Source: an uncultured virus (IMG/VR IMGVR_UViG_3300044634_004095)
Taxonomy: Duplodnaviria; Heunggongvirae; Uroviricota; Caudoviricetes
IMG/VR virus record: IMGVR_UViG_3300044634_004095
Reading direction: 5' to 3' (one strand)
DNA length: 64,000 nucleotides
Below, one piece after another: positions 52,123 through 62,032 of the stretch; position 1 is the stretch's first letter; each line of letters opens with the position of its first letter. The position numbers were made by a program, and so were the translations under genes. The notes beneath the pieces were generated by a model that saw only the letters and a list, made by a program, of their open reading frames with translations, had not been told where the DNA came from and made no database searches.

Positions 52123-53436
52123 ATGGATAATAAACCCAATTGGGCGGAGGTCCTCGAATACCTTCAACCTAAGGAACCTCCATTTTGCCCCGAGGAACCC
52201 TCTATTAACCAAAAAGTATTTCTTCGCACGAACGCTCTAGAAGCGTTGTTCGGGGGAGCGGCTGGCGGTGGAAAAAGTTCAGCATTGCTAATGGCAGCAT
52301 TGCAGTACGTTGACGTACCTGGATATTCTGCACTTCTTTGCCGTCGTACATTTGCCGACTTATCGCTCCCTGGAGCATTGATGGACCGTTTTAAGTCATG
52401 GATGAGCAACTATGACGATATCCATTGGAATAACAACACTTTTATTGCTACGTTTCCATCGGGAGCAAGAATATCCTTCGGTTACCTCAATAATGTCAAC
52501 GATTATCTTAGATATAAGGGTTCGGAATTTCAGTTCATAGGGATGGACGAAGTTACGGAAATACGTGAATCTGACTACAGGTATTTGTTTTCTCGCCTCC
52601 GTCGCCCAGCTAACGGTCCAGTTTCGCAAGTCCCACTAAGAATGCGATGTGCGTCAAACCCTGCTCCAAACTGGGTGCGTCAAAGATTTATAGTTGAAGG
52701 AAAAGAAACAAATAGAATTTTTGTACCCTCTACGCTGAAGGACAACCCAGGAATTGACGCCGACTCGTACAGGCAGTCATTGTCCGCACTCGACCCCGTT
52801 GAGCGGCGAAGACTGGAAGAAGGAGACTGGTGGTCTACGACTCTTGGCACAATGTTTGACAGAACATCATTTGAGATAATAGACCCAATTGACATCCCGA
52901 TAATAACCAGCGCAGCAAGAGTGGTTCGTTTTTGGGACCTTGCAGCTACGGAACCAAGTGCCTCAAACCCTGACCCAGACTGGACTGTCGGCACTTTAAT
53001 GCTTTTCAATGGCGGCGTAGCTTATGTTTTGGACGTAAGGAGAGCAAGAGTTCGGGGAGAAAAAGTAGAACAATTAATTTCTCAGACATCAATAGAAGAT
53101 GGGCATGGGGTAGCGATACGCATGGAACAAGAACCAGGCTCCTCCGGAAAAGCATTGCTGGATCAATACGCTAGATACGTAGTTCCTGGCTACGATTTCG
53201 GCGCTGTACGCGCTACGGGGGACAAAGTGACCCGCGCTAGACCATTCGCTGCAGCGGTAGCCAATGGAAACGTTCGGTTAGTTCGAGGTCCGTGGATAAC
53301 TGGATGGCTTGATGAATTTGCCTCTTTCCCGGAAGCCTGCGACCACGACGACCAAGTCGACTCGGCTGTTGGAGCATTTACTCATTTAACGGGCCTTGGG
53401 TTGCCACAGAGAAAACGAGCATCTATACTCATCTAG
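52123..53436 (+). CDS. terL: Terminase large subunit
   Basis: GGAAGGGKS Walker A, IGMDE Walker B, ASNP, nuclease WDLA...HDDQVD. Confidence 0.92.
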   Translation: MDNKPNWAEVLEYLQPKEPPFCPEEPSINQKVFLRTNALEALFGGAAGGGKSSALLMAALQYVDVPGYSALLCRRTFADLSLPGALMDRFKSWMSNYDDIHWNNNTFIATFPSGARISFGYLNNVNDYLRYKGSEFQFIGMDEVTEIRESDYRYLFSRLRRPANGPVSQVPLRMRCASNPAPNWVRQRFIVEGKETNRIFVPSTLKDNPGIDADSYRQSLSALDPVERRRLEEGDWWSTTLGTMFDRTSFEIIDPIDIPIITSAARVVRFWDLAATEPSASNPDPDWTVGTLMLFNGGVAYVLDVRRARVRGEKVEQLISQTSIEDGHGVAIRMEQEPGSSGKALLDQYARYVVPGYDFGAVRATGDKVTRARPFAAAVANGNVRLVRGPWITGWLDEFASFPEACDHDDQVDSAVGAFTHLTGLGLPQRKRASILI

Positions 53437-53462
53437 CAAATAACTAAACAAAAGGGGTATTA

Positions 53463-53954
53463 ATGCTAGATAAAATAAAAACTTTACAAAAAGAGCTTGT
53501 AAATCTCGACAATGAACTTCAAGATTTTCTGAAAACAGCAACAACGCCAGAAGAAGCTTGCTTAATTTTGTCAGAGATTAATTTTCTTAAACGTGATCTT
53601 TCCATTGTCTACGATGGGTACTGCGCCGGAGTGCTTCAACTTATGGGAGAGAGCGACGGCTATACGCTTGAGAACGGTGCGGAGATTGAAAGAAAATCAG
53701 GCTACGACAGAAAAGCTTGGAAACACAAGGATCTCGGCGCTGAAGTTGTCGATAAACTAATCTCCATGTCTGTTGACATGGACACTGGGGAAGTGACAAA
53801 ATCTACCAGACAAATAGCATTAGAAATTCTCGACTACTGCGCCCCCTCGTACTGGAGGATTAAAGAATTGGGCAAAATTGGCGTGAACCCAGACAACTAC
53901 TGTGAAGTAGGCGAGCTCAAAACCAGTCTCATCGTTCGTAAATCAAAAAACTAG
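53463..53954 (+). CDS. Hypothetical protein
   Basis: 163 aa ORF with RBS. Confidence 0.7.
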   Translation: MLDKIKTLQKELVNLDNELQDFLKTATTPEEACLILSEINFLKRDLSIVYDGYCAGVLQLMGESDGYTLENGAEIERKSGYDRKAWKHKDLGAEVVDKLISMSVDMDTGEVTKSTRQIALEILDYCAPSYWRIKELGKIGVNPDNYCEVGELKTSLIVRKSKN

Positions 53955-53976
53955 AAACAGAACAAGGAAAATAAAA

Positions 53977-54678
53977 ATGGAAATTAATGTAACTGAAATG
54001 TCCGCTGCCCTTAGTGCTCAATTTCCTCAGGAAATGGAACGAGTTATTGTAAAAAGCGGGGTCGAACTAATTTACCTCCCTATCAGCGAAGTTATTAACA
54101 GACTAAACAAAGTAATCGGTGTTGATAATTGGTCCTTTCAAGTCATCTCGGTTGAGCGTGACTCCGTAGACCAAGACGAGATCATCGCCCACGTCAGCTT
54201 GACAGCGGTTATTGATAATAAAAAAGTTGTTAAACATGGCGTTGGTGGACAGCAGGTAAAACGTTCCAAGAAAGATGGTCGAGTAATTGACTTGGGGAAT
54301 GACTTCAAGGGTGCCGTATCGGATGCGCAAAAAAAAGCAGCGCAACAACTAGGAATTGGGCTATATCTAGCTCGTTCTGCTGACGCCCTTGATGCGGAAG
54401 AAGCAATAGAAGCCCACGTCGCCCCTGAGATCTCTAGCTCTAAACCAGTCTCGTCAGAAGTTGACGAAAGATGGGAAGCATTTGTCGAGATCGTTGGTGG
54501 GTTGACAAAAGAACAAAAAGATCAGCTCAACACATTTTGGGCAGAACATGCAGGGGGCCGCGCAAAGCCAACCAAGGCAAGTGCCACTCTGGAAGATCTT
54601 GAACCACTTACCGTAGAAGCACTTCGTCTTCGTTTTGGTGGTTCTTATGTCAACAATGCGACTAGCAGCCCTGCATGA
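53977..54678 (+). CDS. Rad52/Rad22-family single-strand annealing protein (Sak-like)
   Basis: YLP..EVINRLNKVIG.DNWSF...KGAVSDAQKKAAQQLGIGLYL. Confidence 0.85.
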   Translation: MEINVTEMSAALSAQFPQEMERVIVKSGVELIYLPISEVINRLNKVIGVDNWSFQVISVERDSVDQDEIIAHVSLTAVIDNKKVVKHGVGGQQVKRSKKDGRVIDLGNDFKGAVSDAQKKAAQQLGIGLYLARSADALDAEEAIEAHVAPEISSSKPVSSEVDERWEAFVEIVGGLTKEQKDQLNTFWAEHAGGRAKPTKASATLEDLEPLTVEALRLRFGGSYVNNATSSPA

Positions 54679-55448
54679 GCGATAAAGAACTCATAGCTCC
54701 AGAATATTTATCACCATCCTCTGTCTCAACATTTAATCAATGTCCACTTAAGTTCAAATACAGTAAAATCGATGGCCTTCAGGACTCCGGAACAGAAGCA
54801 ACAATGCTTGGTAACTTCGTTCATGAAGTTCTTGAAGCAATGTACGGGTTGGCTCCTGATTTAAGAACACAAGAAACTGCAAAGGTTCTTGCTCGGGAGT
54901 TGTGGGCTTCAAAATGGAGCGACGAAATATCAACCTTAATTCACGACGAAAAGAATCTAAATCGCTTCCGCTGGACCGCATGGTGGTGTATCGAAAATCT
55001 TTGGCGCTTAGAGGATCCAGCCTTAGTTATTCCCCACTCTGTTGAATCTCACGTTAGAGGAGAGATTGGCGGAGTAAAAATACACGGCTTCATAGATCGT
55101 CTCGCTTTTGAAAACGACACAGCAACCGTAACTGACTACAAAACTGGCAAGACCCCTCGCAAAGGGGATCTAAATGACAGATTTTTTCAGCTAATAATTT
55201 ACACACAGCTACTTGAAAGCGTTGACATATTTGCTGCAAATAATTTAGTAGAGCTACTTTATCTCAAAGATGGGATCCGCTTCCAAAAAGAGATAAATAA
55301 AGAAGATATAAATCAGATTACCGAAAAGCTTCAGTCCACTAGGGTTGGCATTGAAGAAAGATGCAAGGCTGGGTACTTTGAGCCTTCAACTTCATTTTTG
55401 TGCAATTGGTGTGGATTCAAGCCTATCTGCCCAGCCTGGAAACGATAA
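54675..55448 (+). CDS. RecB/Cas4-like PD-(D/E)xK exonuclease
   Basis: LSPS..CP, GFIDR, DYKTG, QL..Y, C-terminal CNWC....C. Confidence 0.88.
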   Translation: MSDKELIAPEYLSPSSVSTFNQCPLKFKYSKIDGLQDSGTEATMLGNFVHEVLEAMYGLAPDLRTQETAKVLARELWASKWSDEISTLIHDEKNLNRFRWTAWWCIENLWRLEDPALVIPHSVESHVRGEIGGVKIHGFIDRLAFENDTATVTDYKTGKTPRKGDLNDRFFQLIIYTQLLESVDIFAANNLVELLYLKDGIRFQKEINKEDINQITEKLQSTRVGIEERCKAGYFEPSTSFLCNWCGFKPICPAWKR

Positions 55449-55450
55449 AA

Positions 55451-55984
55451 ATGCAACAACAAGAAAGATTCAAAATGAAAGTAAATGACGACGCCTTTGC
55501 TCGCATGGTTGCCGAAGAAGTAAAAAATAAACTTTCCCCTCTCCATAAAAGCGAATTAATGAAAGAGGAGAACTGGCATTTGTGGCAAGCAGCGCTTATT
55601 GCTCTTTCTGAAAACCTTCAAAGTCAAATCTTAACCATTGAATCAGATGCTGAGTCAGATGAAAAAAGGTACTCCTCCCTTGGGGTTGGCGGTAAAAAAC
55701 TTTCACATCAGGCCGCCTCTTACTACGGCGACAAAGCAACGCGAATCAAAAGATTCAAGTTTCACGTCGACAAACGATTAGATGAAGTATCTTTAATGAT
55801 TGAAACTGGTCAGGAGATGGAATCAGACGGCTGGGAAAAAGTAGATTTTTTTAGGCGAGCCATAACTAAGCATAGGAGCATGCTTAGGGAGTACGACATG
55901 GAAGATACGGCCATAGATAGATCCCTATGGGCTACACTTGACTACAAGTGGACGTTTGACGCTATTACTGAAGAAGATCTTTAA
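55451..55984 (+). CDS. Hypothetical protein
   Basis: ORF follows directly after the exonuclease stop. Start placed at MQQQERF. Confidence 0.65.
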   Translation: MQQQERFKMKVNDDAFARMVAEEVKNKLSPLHKSELMKEENWHLWQAALIALSENLQSQILTIESDAESDEKRYSSLGVGGKKLSHQAASYYGDKATRIKRFKFHVDKRLDEVSLMIETGQEMESDGWEKVDFFRRAITKHRSMLREYDMEDTAIDRSLWATLDYKWTFDAITEEDL

Positions 55985-56044
55985 TAATATTTATTATTAT
56001 TTATAAATCAAATTTGCGTTCACTTTTAGCAATGGAGATTTATT

Positions 56045-56407
56045 GTGATCAGACGGAACAAACCACTTAAAAATAAAACCGGCCTAAAACGTCAACAGAC
56101 CCCAATTGCAAAACGTTCAAAAAAAACTGAAGAAAAATATCTTGAACGTCGCCCTTTTGTTGAGAGAATTCTTAAGGAAAGGCCACTTTGTGAAGCCTGC
56201 AAAGTTTTTGCAAAACATGATGATAAATCTATATACAATCATCATATGAGCAAAGACGTACACGAAATTATTCGTCGGTCGCAGGGGGGCTCAATCTTGG
56301 ATGACGATAATGTTCTTGCTGTGTGCAGGCCATGTCACGTCAGAATAGGCAATTATCCTCAGCTTGCGTTTGACCTTGGATTGGCAAAGCATGGGTGGGA
56401 AAAATAA
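56045..56407 (+). CDS. HNH endonuclease
   Basis: CEAC...HE...SQGG...N..AVCRPCH. Confidence 0.8.
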   Translation: MIRRNKPLKNKTGLKRQQTPIAKRSKKTEEKYLERRPFVERILKERPLCEACKVFAKHDDKSIYNHHMSKDVHEIIRRSQGGSILDDDNVLAVCRPCHVRIGNYPQLAFDLGLAKHGWEK

Positions 56408-56445
56408 TTAGCAGAACTATTACTCTTTTCTGTAAAATGTTTTAA

Positions 56446-56731
56446 CCTAAAATCTTCTTAGGTACCTAATTCAGCGATAACTTTCGAGAATAGAAAGGTC
56501 AGGTGGTCCAATGTCTAGTGGTCTTATCCACGGCAAGGAAGCTGGAGTCGCGTCGAACTCATAGTCACAGTCGACTAACGCCCACAACCGCTGGCTCGCT
56601 CTGCAGGCCCCAGCGGTTGTTTGCTGTCTAGGAATAAAAATTGTTCTAACATATAGTTCTGGGCGCAACCAAAACCTTAGGATCGTTACAGATGCAGAAG
56701 CCGGGAGATTAATTTCTTCCGGCTTCTGCAT
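56446..56731 (+). ncRNA. Candidate structured non-coding RNA
   Basis: Intergenic gap of ~340 bp with TAAAAT -10 box at 56433, an 11-bp stem 56584-56594/56610-56620 and a 13-bp stem 56692-56704/56719-56731. Confidence 0.45.
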
Positions 56732-56748
56732 ATAGTAGGATCGATTTT

Positions 56749-57309
56749 ATGAACGTAATGGGGCTAGACCTTTCCTTGACATCGACAGGATGTTCCATAA
56801 ACTCAAGAACATGTGTGGTTGGCACTAAAACAAAAAGTGCCGAAAGACTGTCCGTTATTTCTAAGTTAATATTAAATTTGGCACTAGATAATTCAGTCGA
56901 TGTTGCAATAATAGAGGGATACTCATTTGCCTCTCGCAACAGTCAAGCTCACAGTATCGGGGAACTCGGCGGAGCAGTAAGGATGAGGCTATGGGAAAAC
57001 GGTATTCCCTTTATAAATGTCCCCCCAACATGCAGAGCTAAGTTTGCTACAGGAAAAGGAAATGCCGGAAAGAACGAAGTTATTTCAGCTATTTCTGCAA
57101 GGACAGGAATAGTCTGGTCAGGAGCGGGGGCAGACGACATGTGCGACGCCTGGATACTTGAGCAAATGGCTAAACAATTTCTCAATGAATCCTCTTTTAG
57201 TTGGCCAAAAGTAAATATTGAATCTTTAGAAAAAATTGATTGGTCTCCGCTGGTAGGATTACCTAAAATAAAAAAGAAAAAAGGTTTTGATGCGCAACTC
57301 CCCGATTAG
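56749..57309 (+). CDS. ruvC: RuvC-like Holliday junction resolvase
   Basis: GLDLSLTSTG, IIEG, KFATGKGNAGK, DDMCDA. Confidence 0.82.
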   Translation: MNVMGLDLSLTSTGCSINSRTCVVGTKTKSAERLSVISKLILNLALDNSVDVAIIEGYSFASRNSQAHSIGELGGAVRMRLWENGIPFINVPPTCRAKFATGKGNAGKNEVISAISARTGIVWSGAGADDMCDAWILEQMAKQFLNESSFSWPKVNIESLEKIDWSPLVGLPKIKKKKGFDAQLPD

Positions 57310-57625
57310 CCAAGTCGATATTGAAAATGAAATTTTACGTCTTTTGGATAGGCTTGAAAAAGAAACAGAGTCTTTTGAGTCACTTTCTGTTGACTCATCA
57401 AAAAAAGAAGCACACTACAAATCTAATTGGGCAAAAGAATATCTTGGGGCAAATGGAGCTATAAAGCAAAGAGAAGCATGGGCGGATTATAAGTTGGAAC
57501 AAGATTATTATGAATATAAAATTGCCGAGGCTTTAGTTAAATCAAAAAGAGAAGTGCTTCTAAGCTTACGGTCATCAATTGACGCAATGAGAACACTAAA
57601 TGCGAATGTAAGGGTCCAAGTATGA
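57287..57625 (+). CDS. Helical protein, possibly UvsY-like recombination mediator
   Basis: Coiled ~112 aa protein in a recombination cluster; the resemblance is weak. Confidence 0.4.
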   Translation: MMRNSPISQVDIENEILRLLDRLEKETESFESLSVDSSKKEAHYKSNWAKEYLGANGAIKQREAWADYKLEQDYYEYKIAEALVKSKREVLLSLRSSIDAMRTLNANVRVQV

Positions 57626-57912
57626 AATTTATAAAAAGAAATAAATCACTATTCCCAGAAAAACTAACAACGCATTGGGATTCCTTGCCTCATAAAAGAT
57701 ATTCAAGCATGAACGACGATGATCTTTGTCCTTGGAACCTGAGCCCAAAAACAATTGACGAGTTTGTGTTGGCATGTGATCAACGAAATGAGTGGCACAA
57801 GAATAATGCTGGAGATCCTCGTTACTCCTGGTGGTCATGTCTATTGACCCACGATCTAATGGAAGACATCGCAAGAACGTTAAAGGAAATTAAAGATGAA
57901 CAACATTCATAA
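57622..57912 (+). CDS. Hypothetical protein
   Basis: 96 aa ORF overlapping its neighbours. Confidence 0.55.
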   Translation: MKFIKRNKSLFPEKLTTHWDSLPHKRYSSMNDDDLCPWNLSPKTIDEFVLACDQRNEWHKNNAGDPRYSWWSCLLTHDLMEDIARTLKEIKDEQHS

Positions 57913-58756
57913 TTCTCTACAGCACTTGGCGGTTGACATATTGGACCTAATTCCACTTGAGGACAATCCCAGAAAGGGAAATGTTGACGCGATAGCATCT
58001 TCTTATCTTGAGTTTGGGCAGATTAAGCCTATTGTAATTCGACCAAACGATGACGGAACTGCAACAATCATTGCCGGAAACCACCAAGTCCAAGCAGCAA
58101 AGAAATTGGGATGGGATAAAATTGCTGCGGTTCCTTACGAAGTGGATAATCTTCGGGCGATCGCATTCGCAATTGCTGACAACAGGACGATGGAACTTGG
58201 TTACACAGAGCCAGATCTGCTTAATAACGTTATTTTGGAGATTGGAGATTACTATCCTGAGCTGATTGAGGGCTTAGGATGGGATGAATTTGAATTTGCC
58301 GAACTAGAACAAAAATCAATTCGAGAAGAAAATCAAGTGATTAGTTCAGGAAACTCCTACACTTCGCCTTCACTACAAACTCCCGCCAGCGATTTCGGAA
58401 ACGGATTTGGAAACGGATTTGGAAGCCGCGAAGAAGAAGAAGAGCCACGTGCCCTACGAGAGTCTCCACGAATAGACATGAATGCAATTTCGATGACAAA
58501 AGACAGAGACGGCAAAACTGAATTAAACGTGAGGTCTGGAGTTAATCAAGACGATGCAGTCGTGAGGGGATCAACAACCGTTTCTCCTTCATCCGCACCT
58601 CAGGCAGTTGTCCAGTACACAATAGTTTTTGATACTCATCAACAGCAGGCAAGGTGGTATGAATTTATAAAATGGCTTCGATCTGACCCCGCAGTTGCTG
58701 GAACCACAACAGCAGAGCGAATAATAGACTTCATCGATCAGCACATCGAGCTATGA
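57896..58756 (+). CDS. ParB/Srx N-terminal domain protein
   Basis: NPRKG..AIASS..EFGQIKPIV...IIAGNH...ADNR. Confidence 0.85.
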   Translation: MNNIHNSLQHLAVDILDLIPLEDNPRKGNVDAIASSYLEFGQIKPIVIRPNDDGTATIIAGNHQVQAAKKLGWDKIAAVPYEVDNLRAIAFAIADNRTMELGYTEPDLLNNVILEIGDYYPELIEGLGWDEFEFAELEQKSIREENQVISSGNSYTSPSLQTPASDFGNGFGNGFGSREEEEEPRALRESPRIDMNAISMTKDRDGKTELNVRSGVNQDDAVVRGSTTVSPSSAPQAVVQYTIVFDTHQQQARWYEFIKWLRSDPAVAGTTTAERIIDFIDQHIEL

Positions 58757-59883
58757 CGCGTCAACGCCTATTCCTTGACATGTCGTGTGTTGACGCAGCA
58801 CGTCAAAGAATAAGGCACGTTTACGACACTTTTGATACTGTTTGTGTCCAGTTTTCTGGAGGCAAGGACTCGACGGCCGTCTTGCACTTAGCGCGAGAAG
58901 TTCATGAGGAAAGAGGCCTAGGTCCAGTAAAAGTAATATTTCGTGACGAAGAAATGGTCAGCCCAACGGTGATCGACTACGTTGAGCGAGTCAGAAACTA
59001 TCCCTGGGTTGATATGGAATGGTATTGCTTGCCATACCCTGCGGAAATATGGGTTCTTGGCAGAAGGCTAACAACTCTTTTGTGGAGTCAGGAAAGATAT
59101 GAGCAAGGCCGTTGGGTTAGAGAGATGCCATCATGGGCTATAAGCGGTAAGAACTTTGGCCTATCTCACAATACATCACTCCCTGAGCAGACCGACTATT
59201 ACACCATGCAGGGAAAAAAGGGGAATGTTGCATTTCTTACTGGCGTGCGCGCAAGTGAGTCAATGGTTCGCTACAGGTCGGTTGTCCAAAAACTTCACGA
59301 AAACTATATAAACATTCCTTATAGGTTGAAAAAGGGTATTCCGTTAAAGTTTGCAAAAGTTATTTATGACTGGAATACAAATGATGTATTCAAGTACATA
59401 GCCGAAGAGTGCGGAGCCGAATATTGCGAATACTATGATTTAGCAGTACTAACTGGCAGCAACAACCGCATCGGTATTCCGCTGCACGCAACCGCCATCC
59501 GTAGAATCGGCGACGTAGTAGCAACTGAGCCTGAATTTTATGACCGACTATTTGAATGTTTTCCATATATCGATGCGCAGCGTAGACTATGGCCAGAATT
59601 TAATGTCGAAAAATTAATCTCTAGCTATTCAGCAGATGGATTCGATGGAGCGTCAAGGTTTATTGACGAGTACCTCATAGGGGATCGACGAAAAATGGAA
59701 GCCAAAGTCTATGTTTCAAAATTTAGAAAAAAACATCTGACAGATCCTCATGGTTATCCTGTCAGTTGGCTTATAAGGAATTTAATGCTGAACGAAATAG
59801 ATGTTAATTCACCAACCCCGGTGGGGCCAAAGACACGAGCGTATACCGTCCGTGAATCAGAAATAGAGGATGCAACGGAATGA
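58753..59883 (+). CDS. PAPS-reductase/PP-loop family protein (IbrA/YbdN-like)
   Basis: FSGGKDS, FRDEE, GVRASES..R, IYDW...DV. Confidence 0.85.
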   Translation: MTRQRLFLDMSCVDAARQRIRHVYDTFDTVCVQFSGGKDSTAVLHLAREVHEERGLGPVKVIFRDEEMVSPTVIDYVERVRNYPWVDMEWYCLPYPAEIWVLGRRLTTLLWSQERYEQGRWVREMPSWAISGKNFGLSHNTSLPEQTDYYTMQGKKGNVAFLTGVRASESMVRYRSVVQKLHENYINIPYRLKKGIPLKFAKVIYDWNTNDVFKYIAEECGAEYCEYYDLAVLTGSNNRIGIPLHATAIRRIGDVVATEPEFYDRLFECFPYIDAQRRLWPEFNVEKLISSYSADGFDGASRFIDEYLIGDRRKMEAKVYVSKFRKKHLTDPHGYPVSWLIRNLMLNEIDVNSPTPVGPKTRAYTVRESEIEDATE

Positions 59884-60431
59884 TAGATATTCAGTATGTC
59901 GAGCATTCTCAGCTCTCGGTCCCTGCTTGGAGAGCAACCTACGTTCTTCGTCCGGAGATGTTAATAATCGCTGGTTCACTTTCTCAGCATGGATTCATAC
60001 AGCCACTCCACGTAAGGAAGGATACTGGCGAAATAATCGATGGTTCAGAAAGATTCTTAATTGCTACGAGCATTCGTGAGCTTCTGAGAAAATCAGATGG
60101 CTTAATTCCCGTAGTTATGCACGACGTTGACCAAGCGGATGCGATGATGATGCACGTCCAGCTAAATAGAGGTCATTCGGTGATGACTGCAGCAAAAGTT
60201 TCAACGATAATCAGAGCACTAAAGAGATCAGGAAAGTATTCTGCTAGAGATTTTGAGTCGATCTTATGTATGCGGTCAGAAGAACTCTCATTAATGCTTG
60301 ACGGAGACCTAATAAAAAATAGAAAAATACTTGAACATAACTATGCTCGCGCATGGATTCCCATAGAAGCCCCCTCTTCAAAGGTGGAAGATGTCTTCGT
60401 TATTGAAAGACCACCCAATCCTGACCGTTGA
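59880..60431 (+). CDS. ParB-like protein (IbrB/YbdM-like)
   Basis: SL..HGFIQP...IIDG.ER...LNRG, directly after the IbrA-like gene. Confidence 0.75.
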   Translation: MIDIQYVEHSQLSVPAWRATYVLRPEMLIIAGSLSQHGFIQPLHVRKDTGEIIDGSERFLIATSIRELLRKSDGLIPVVMHDVDQADAMMMHVQLNRGHSVMTAAKVSTIIRALKRSGKYSARDFESILCMRSEELSLMLDGDLIKNRKILEHNYARAWIPIEAPSSKVEDVFVIERPPNPDR

Positions 60432-60477
60432 GTAAAGCTTTTTCTGGTATATTTTTTAAAAGCCAGAGGAGTTAAAT

Positions 60478-61257
60478 ATGCCAGGCGTACGCTACGGTCC
60501 AGATATTGCTGATGATGCCGCTTATGTTATGAATAACCTCGTCGACATAAATCGTCGATACAGGGAAACCGGAAAACTTCCTAGAGAATTTCAAAAATTT
60601 GCAAAATTAGCTAGAGAAGTATTCGGAGTAAGGGAATCCGACATAAGAAAAGGCAAGTACGGAGACCTTTCTAGACTTGCGCAATATAGCTCTGCAGGAA
60701 GAAGCGCACGCGGCAAGGCGTACCAGAGAGCAAAACTTGCACGAAGTTGGCGCACAAAGAAGATAATGAAACGCGGACTGCGCCAAGAGTTCCAAAAAAG
60801 GGGCGAGAAGCCATCTGGCCGAGCACAAAGCGGCGTACGTAAAACGAGCCGAGGAGATGCTATTTCGGGGATTTCCGGAGTAGAAAGGCAGGGCCGAGGT
60901 GGAGCCACTTATCTTGGCAGAACAAAGACCAAGACTTTTGATAAATTGGCAGATGCCGCCTATGCAAGAGCAAGAAGAAATAAAGTTCAAATAGGTGGAG
61001 CAAGAGTAACTCAAGCAACTGCTGCGTCAATAGACAAGCTAAATATAGCGCGAACAGGAAAATTTCTTCCAGGGTTTGATGGTCAGCCTTTTGGCGGCAC
61101 TGGCCGCAGGAGCGGTTCCAGCATTAGACCTCCAAAATCTAAAACCGCTGCGGCAGCGTCTCAAGCAAAAAGAGCAAAGACCGTAAAGGGAGCAGGAAAA
61201 CCAGGAAGAAACTCCACGGCAAGAGGTGGAAGATCTCCAAAGCGACCTAAAAAATAA
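60478..61257 (+). CDS. Highly basic Arg/Lys/Gly-rich protein, possibly nucleic-acid binding or core protein
   Basis: Amino-acid composition; GAGGAG RBS. Confidence 0.65.
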   Translation: MPGVRYGPDIADDAAYVMNNLVDINRRYRETGKLPREFQKFAKLAREVFGVRESDIRKGKYGDLSRLAQYSSAGRSARGKAYQRAKLARSWRTKKIMKRGLRQEFQKRGEKPSGRAQSGVRKTSRGDAISGISGVERQGRGGATYLGRTKTKTFDKLADAAYARARRNKVQIGGARVTQATAASIDKLNIARTGKFLPGFDGQPFGGTGRRSGSSIRPPKSKTAAAASQAKRAKTVKGAGKPGRNSTARGGRSPKRPKK

Positions 61258-61266
61258 AACACTTAA

Positions 61267-61656
61267 CTAAATAATCAAATGTTTTTCGTGCATCCCTATC
61301 AAGGGTTCATCGTCATTCTCGCACATGTCTTCTAGAAATGTTTGACTTTCATCTCCATAGTCCTCTTCGCACATGAATTTTTTAAAATCTTCTAAAGGTT
61401 TAACTTTTGCTATGTAATTTCCGTCTTCATCTTTGCCGACTATTTTTACACCTGCTGCTATGAGCGATATAACCGAGATGTCCCACATTGCTTGAAGAAA
61501 ATCGTTTAAATTCTCTTCGTATTCCAATTCCTTGTCTTCATCTTCAAAGAAGTAAAATAGCACCTCTAGCATTTTTTGCAAAGACTCCAAGGTTGCTTTC
61601 TTTGCTTCTTTTTTGCTTATTGGCGTAATGCTTGATATATCAAGTGATGTTTTCAT
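61267..61656 (-). CDS. Hypothetical acidic protein, paralog A
   Basis: Similar to 61713..61997; has its own promoter. Confidence 0.7.
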   Translation of the reverse strand: MKTSLDISSITPISKKEAKKATLESLQKMLEVLFYFFEDEDKELEYEENLNDFLQAMWDISVISLIAAGVKIVGKDEDGNYIAKVKPLEDFKKFMCEEDYGDESQTFLEDMCENDDEPLIGMHEKHLII

Positions 61657-61662
61657 GTTTTT

Positions 61663-61691
61663 AATCTACCCTCTCGAAGGACATTGGTCAA
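61663..61691 (-). promoter_or_regulatory. Sigma70-type promoter, leaderless
   Basis: TTGACC-N17-TAGATT-N6-ATG. Confidence 0.7.
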
Positions 61692-61712
61692 ACAGCGTTT
61701 TTACTTTACAGT

Positions 61713-61997
61713 TTAAGAATTGTTGTTTAAAAATTCTTTTACATTTTTTACAGGGGTAAAGCCGATAACGTACTCATCTTCTCCATTTTTTTCTAGAACT
61801 TCCATTCCGACGGAAGCCATGCAAGCCACTGCAATATTCCAAAGGTGATTAACAAATTCGCTGATTGCTTCTTCGTTGTCTAATCCCGTTTCATTTTCAG
61901 AAAAAAAATGCCACAGAACCTCGGTTACGTGGTTCAGGATATCGACAATTCCCTCTTGCCGCATTTCATCAGTAATTGCATTTTTGGGTGATGTCAT
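61713..61997 (-). CDS. Hypothetical acidic protein, paralog B (start MTSPKN)
   Basis: Aligns with 61267..61656. Confidence 0.7.
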   Translation of the reverse strand: MTSPKNAITDEMRQEGIVDILNHVTEVLWHFFSENETGLDNEEAISEFVNHLWNIAVACMASVGMEVLEKNGEDEYVIGFTPVKNVKEFLNNNS

Positions 61998-62003
61998 AGT
62001 CAG

Positions 62004-62032
62004 AAGATAGGCCTTTAGTTTCGTCGAGTCAA
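62004..62032 (-). promoter_or_regulatory. Sigma70-type promoter, leaderless
   Basis: TTGACT-N17-TATCTT-N6-ATG. Confidence 0.7.

Noticed and set aside
54675..55448. Cas4-like gene as part of a CRISPR system
   Set aside because: No repeat-spacer array or other cas genes are seen, and it sits beside a Rad52-like annealase as an ordinary recombination pair.
58391..58426. 12-bp repeats encoding FGNGFGNGFG
   Set aside because: A short low-complexity linker expansion with no further structure.
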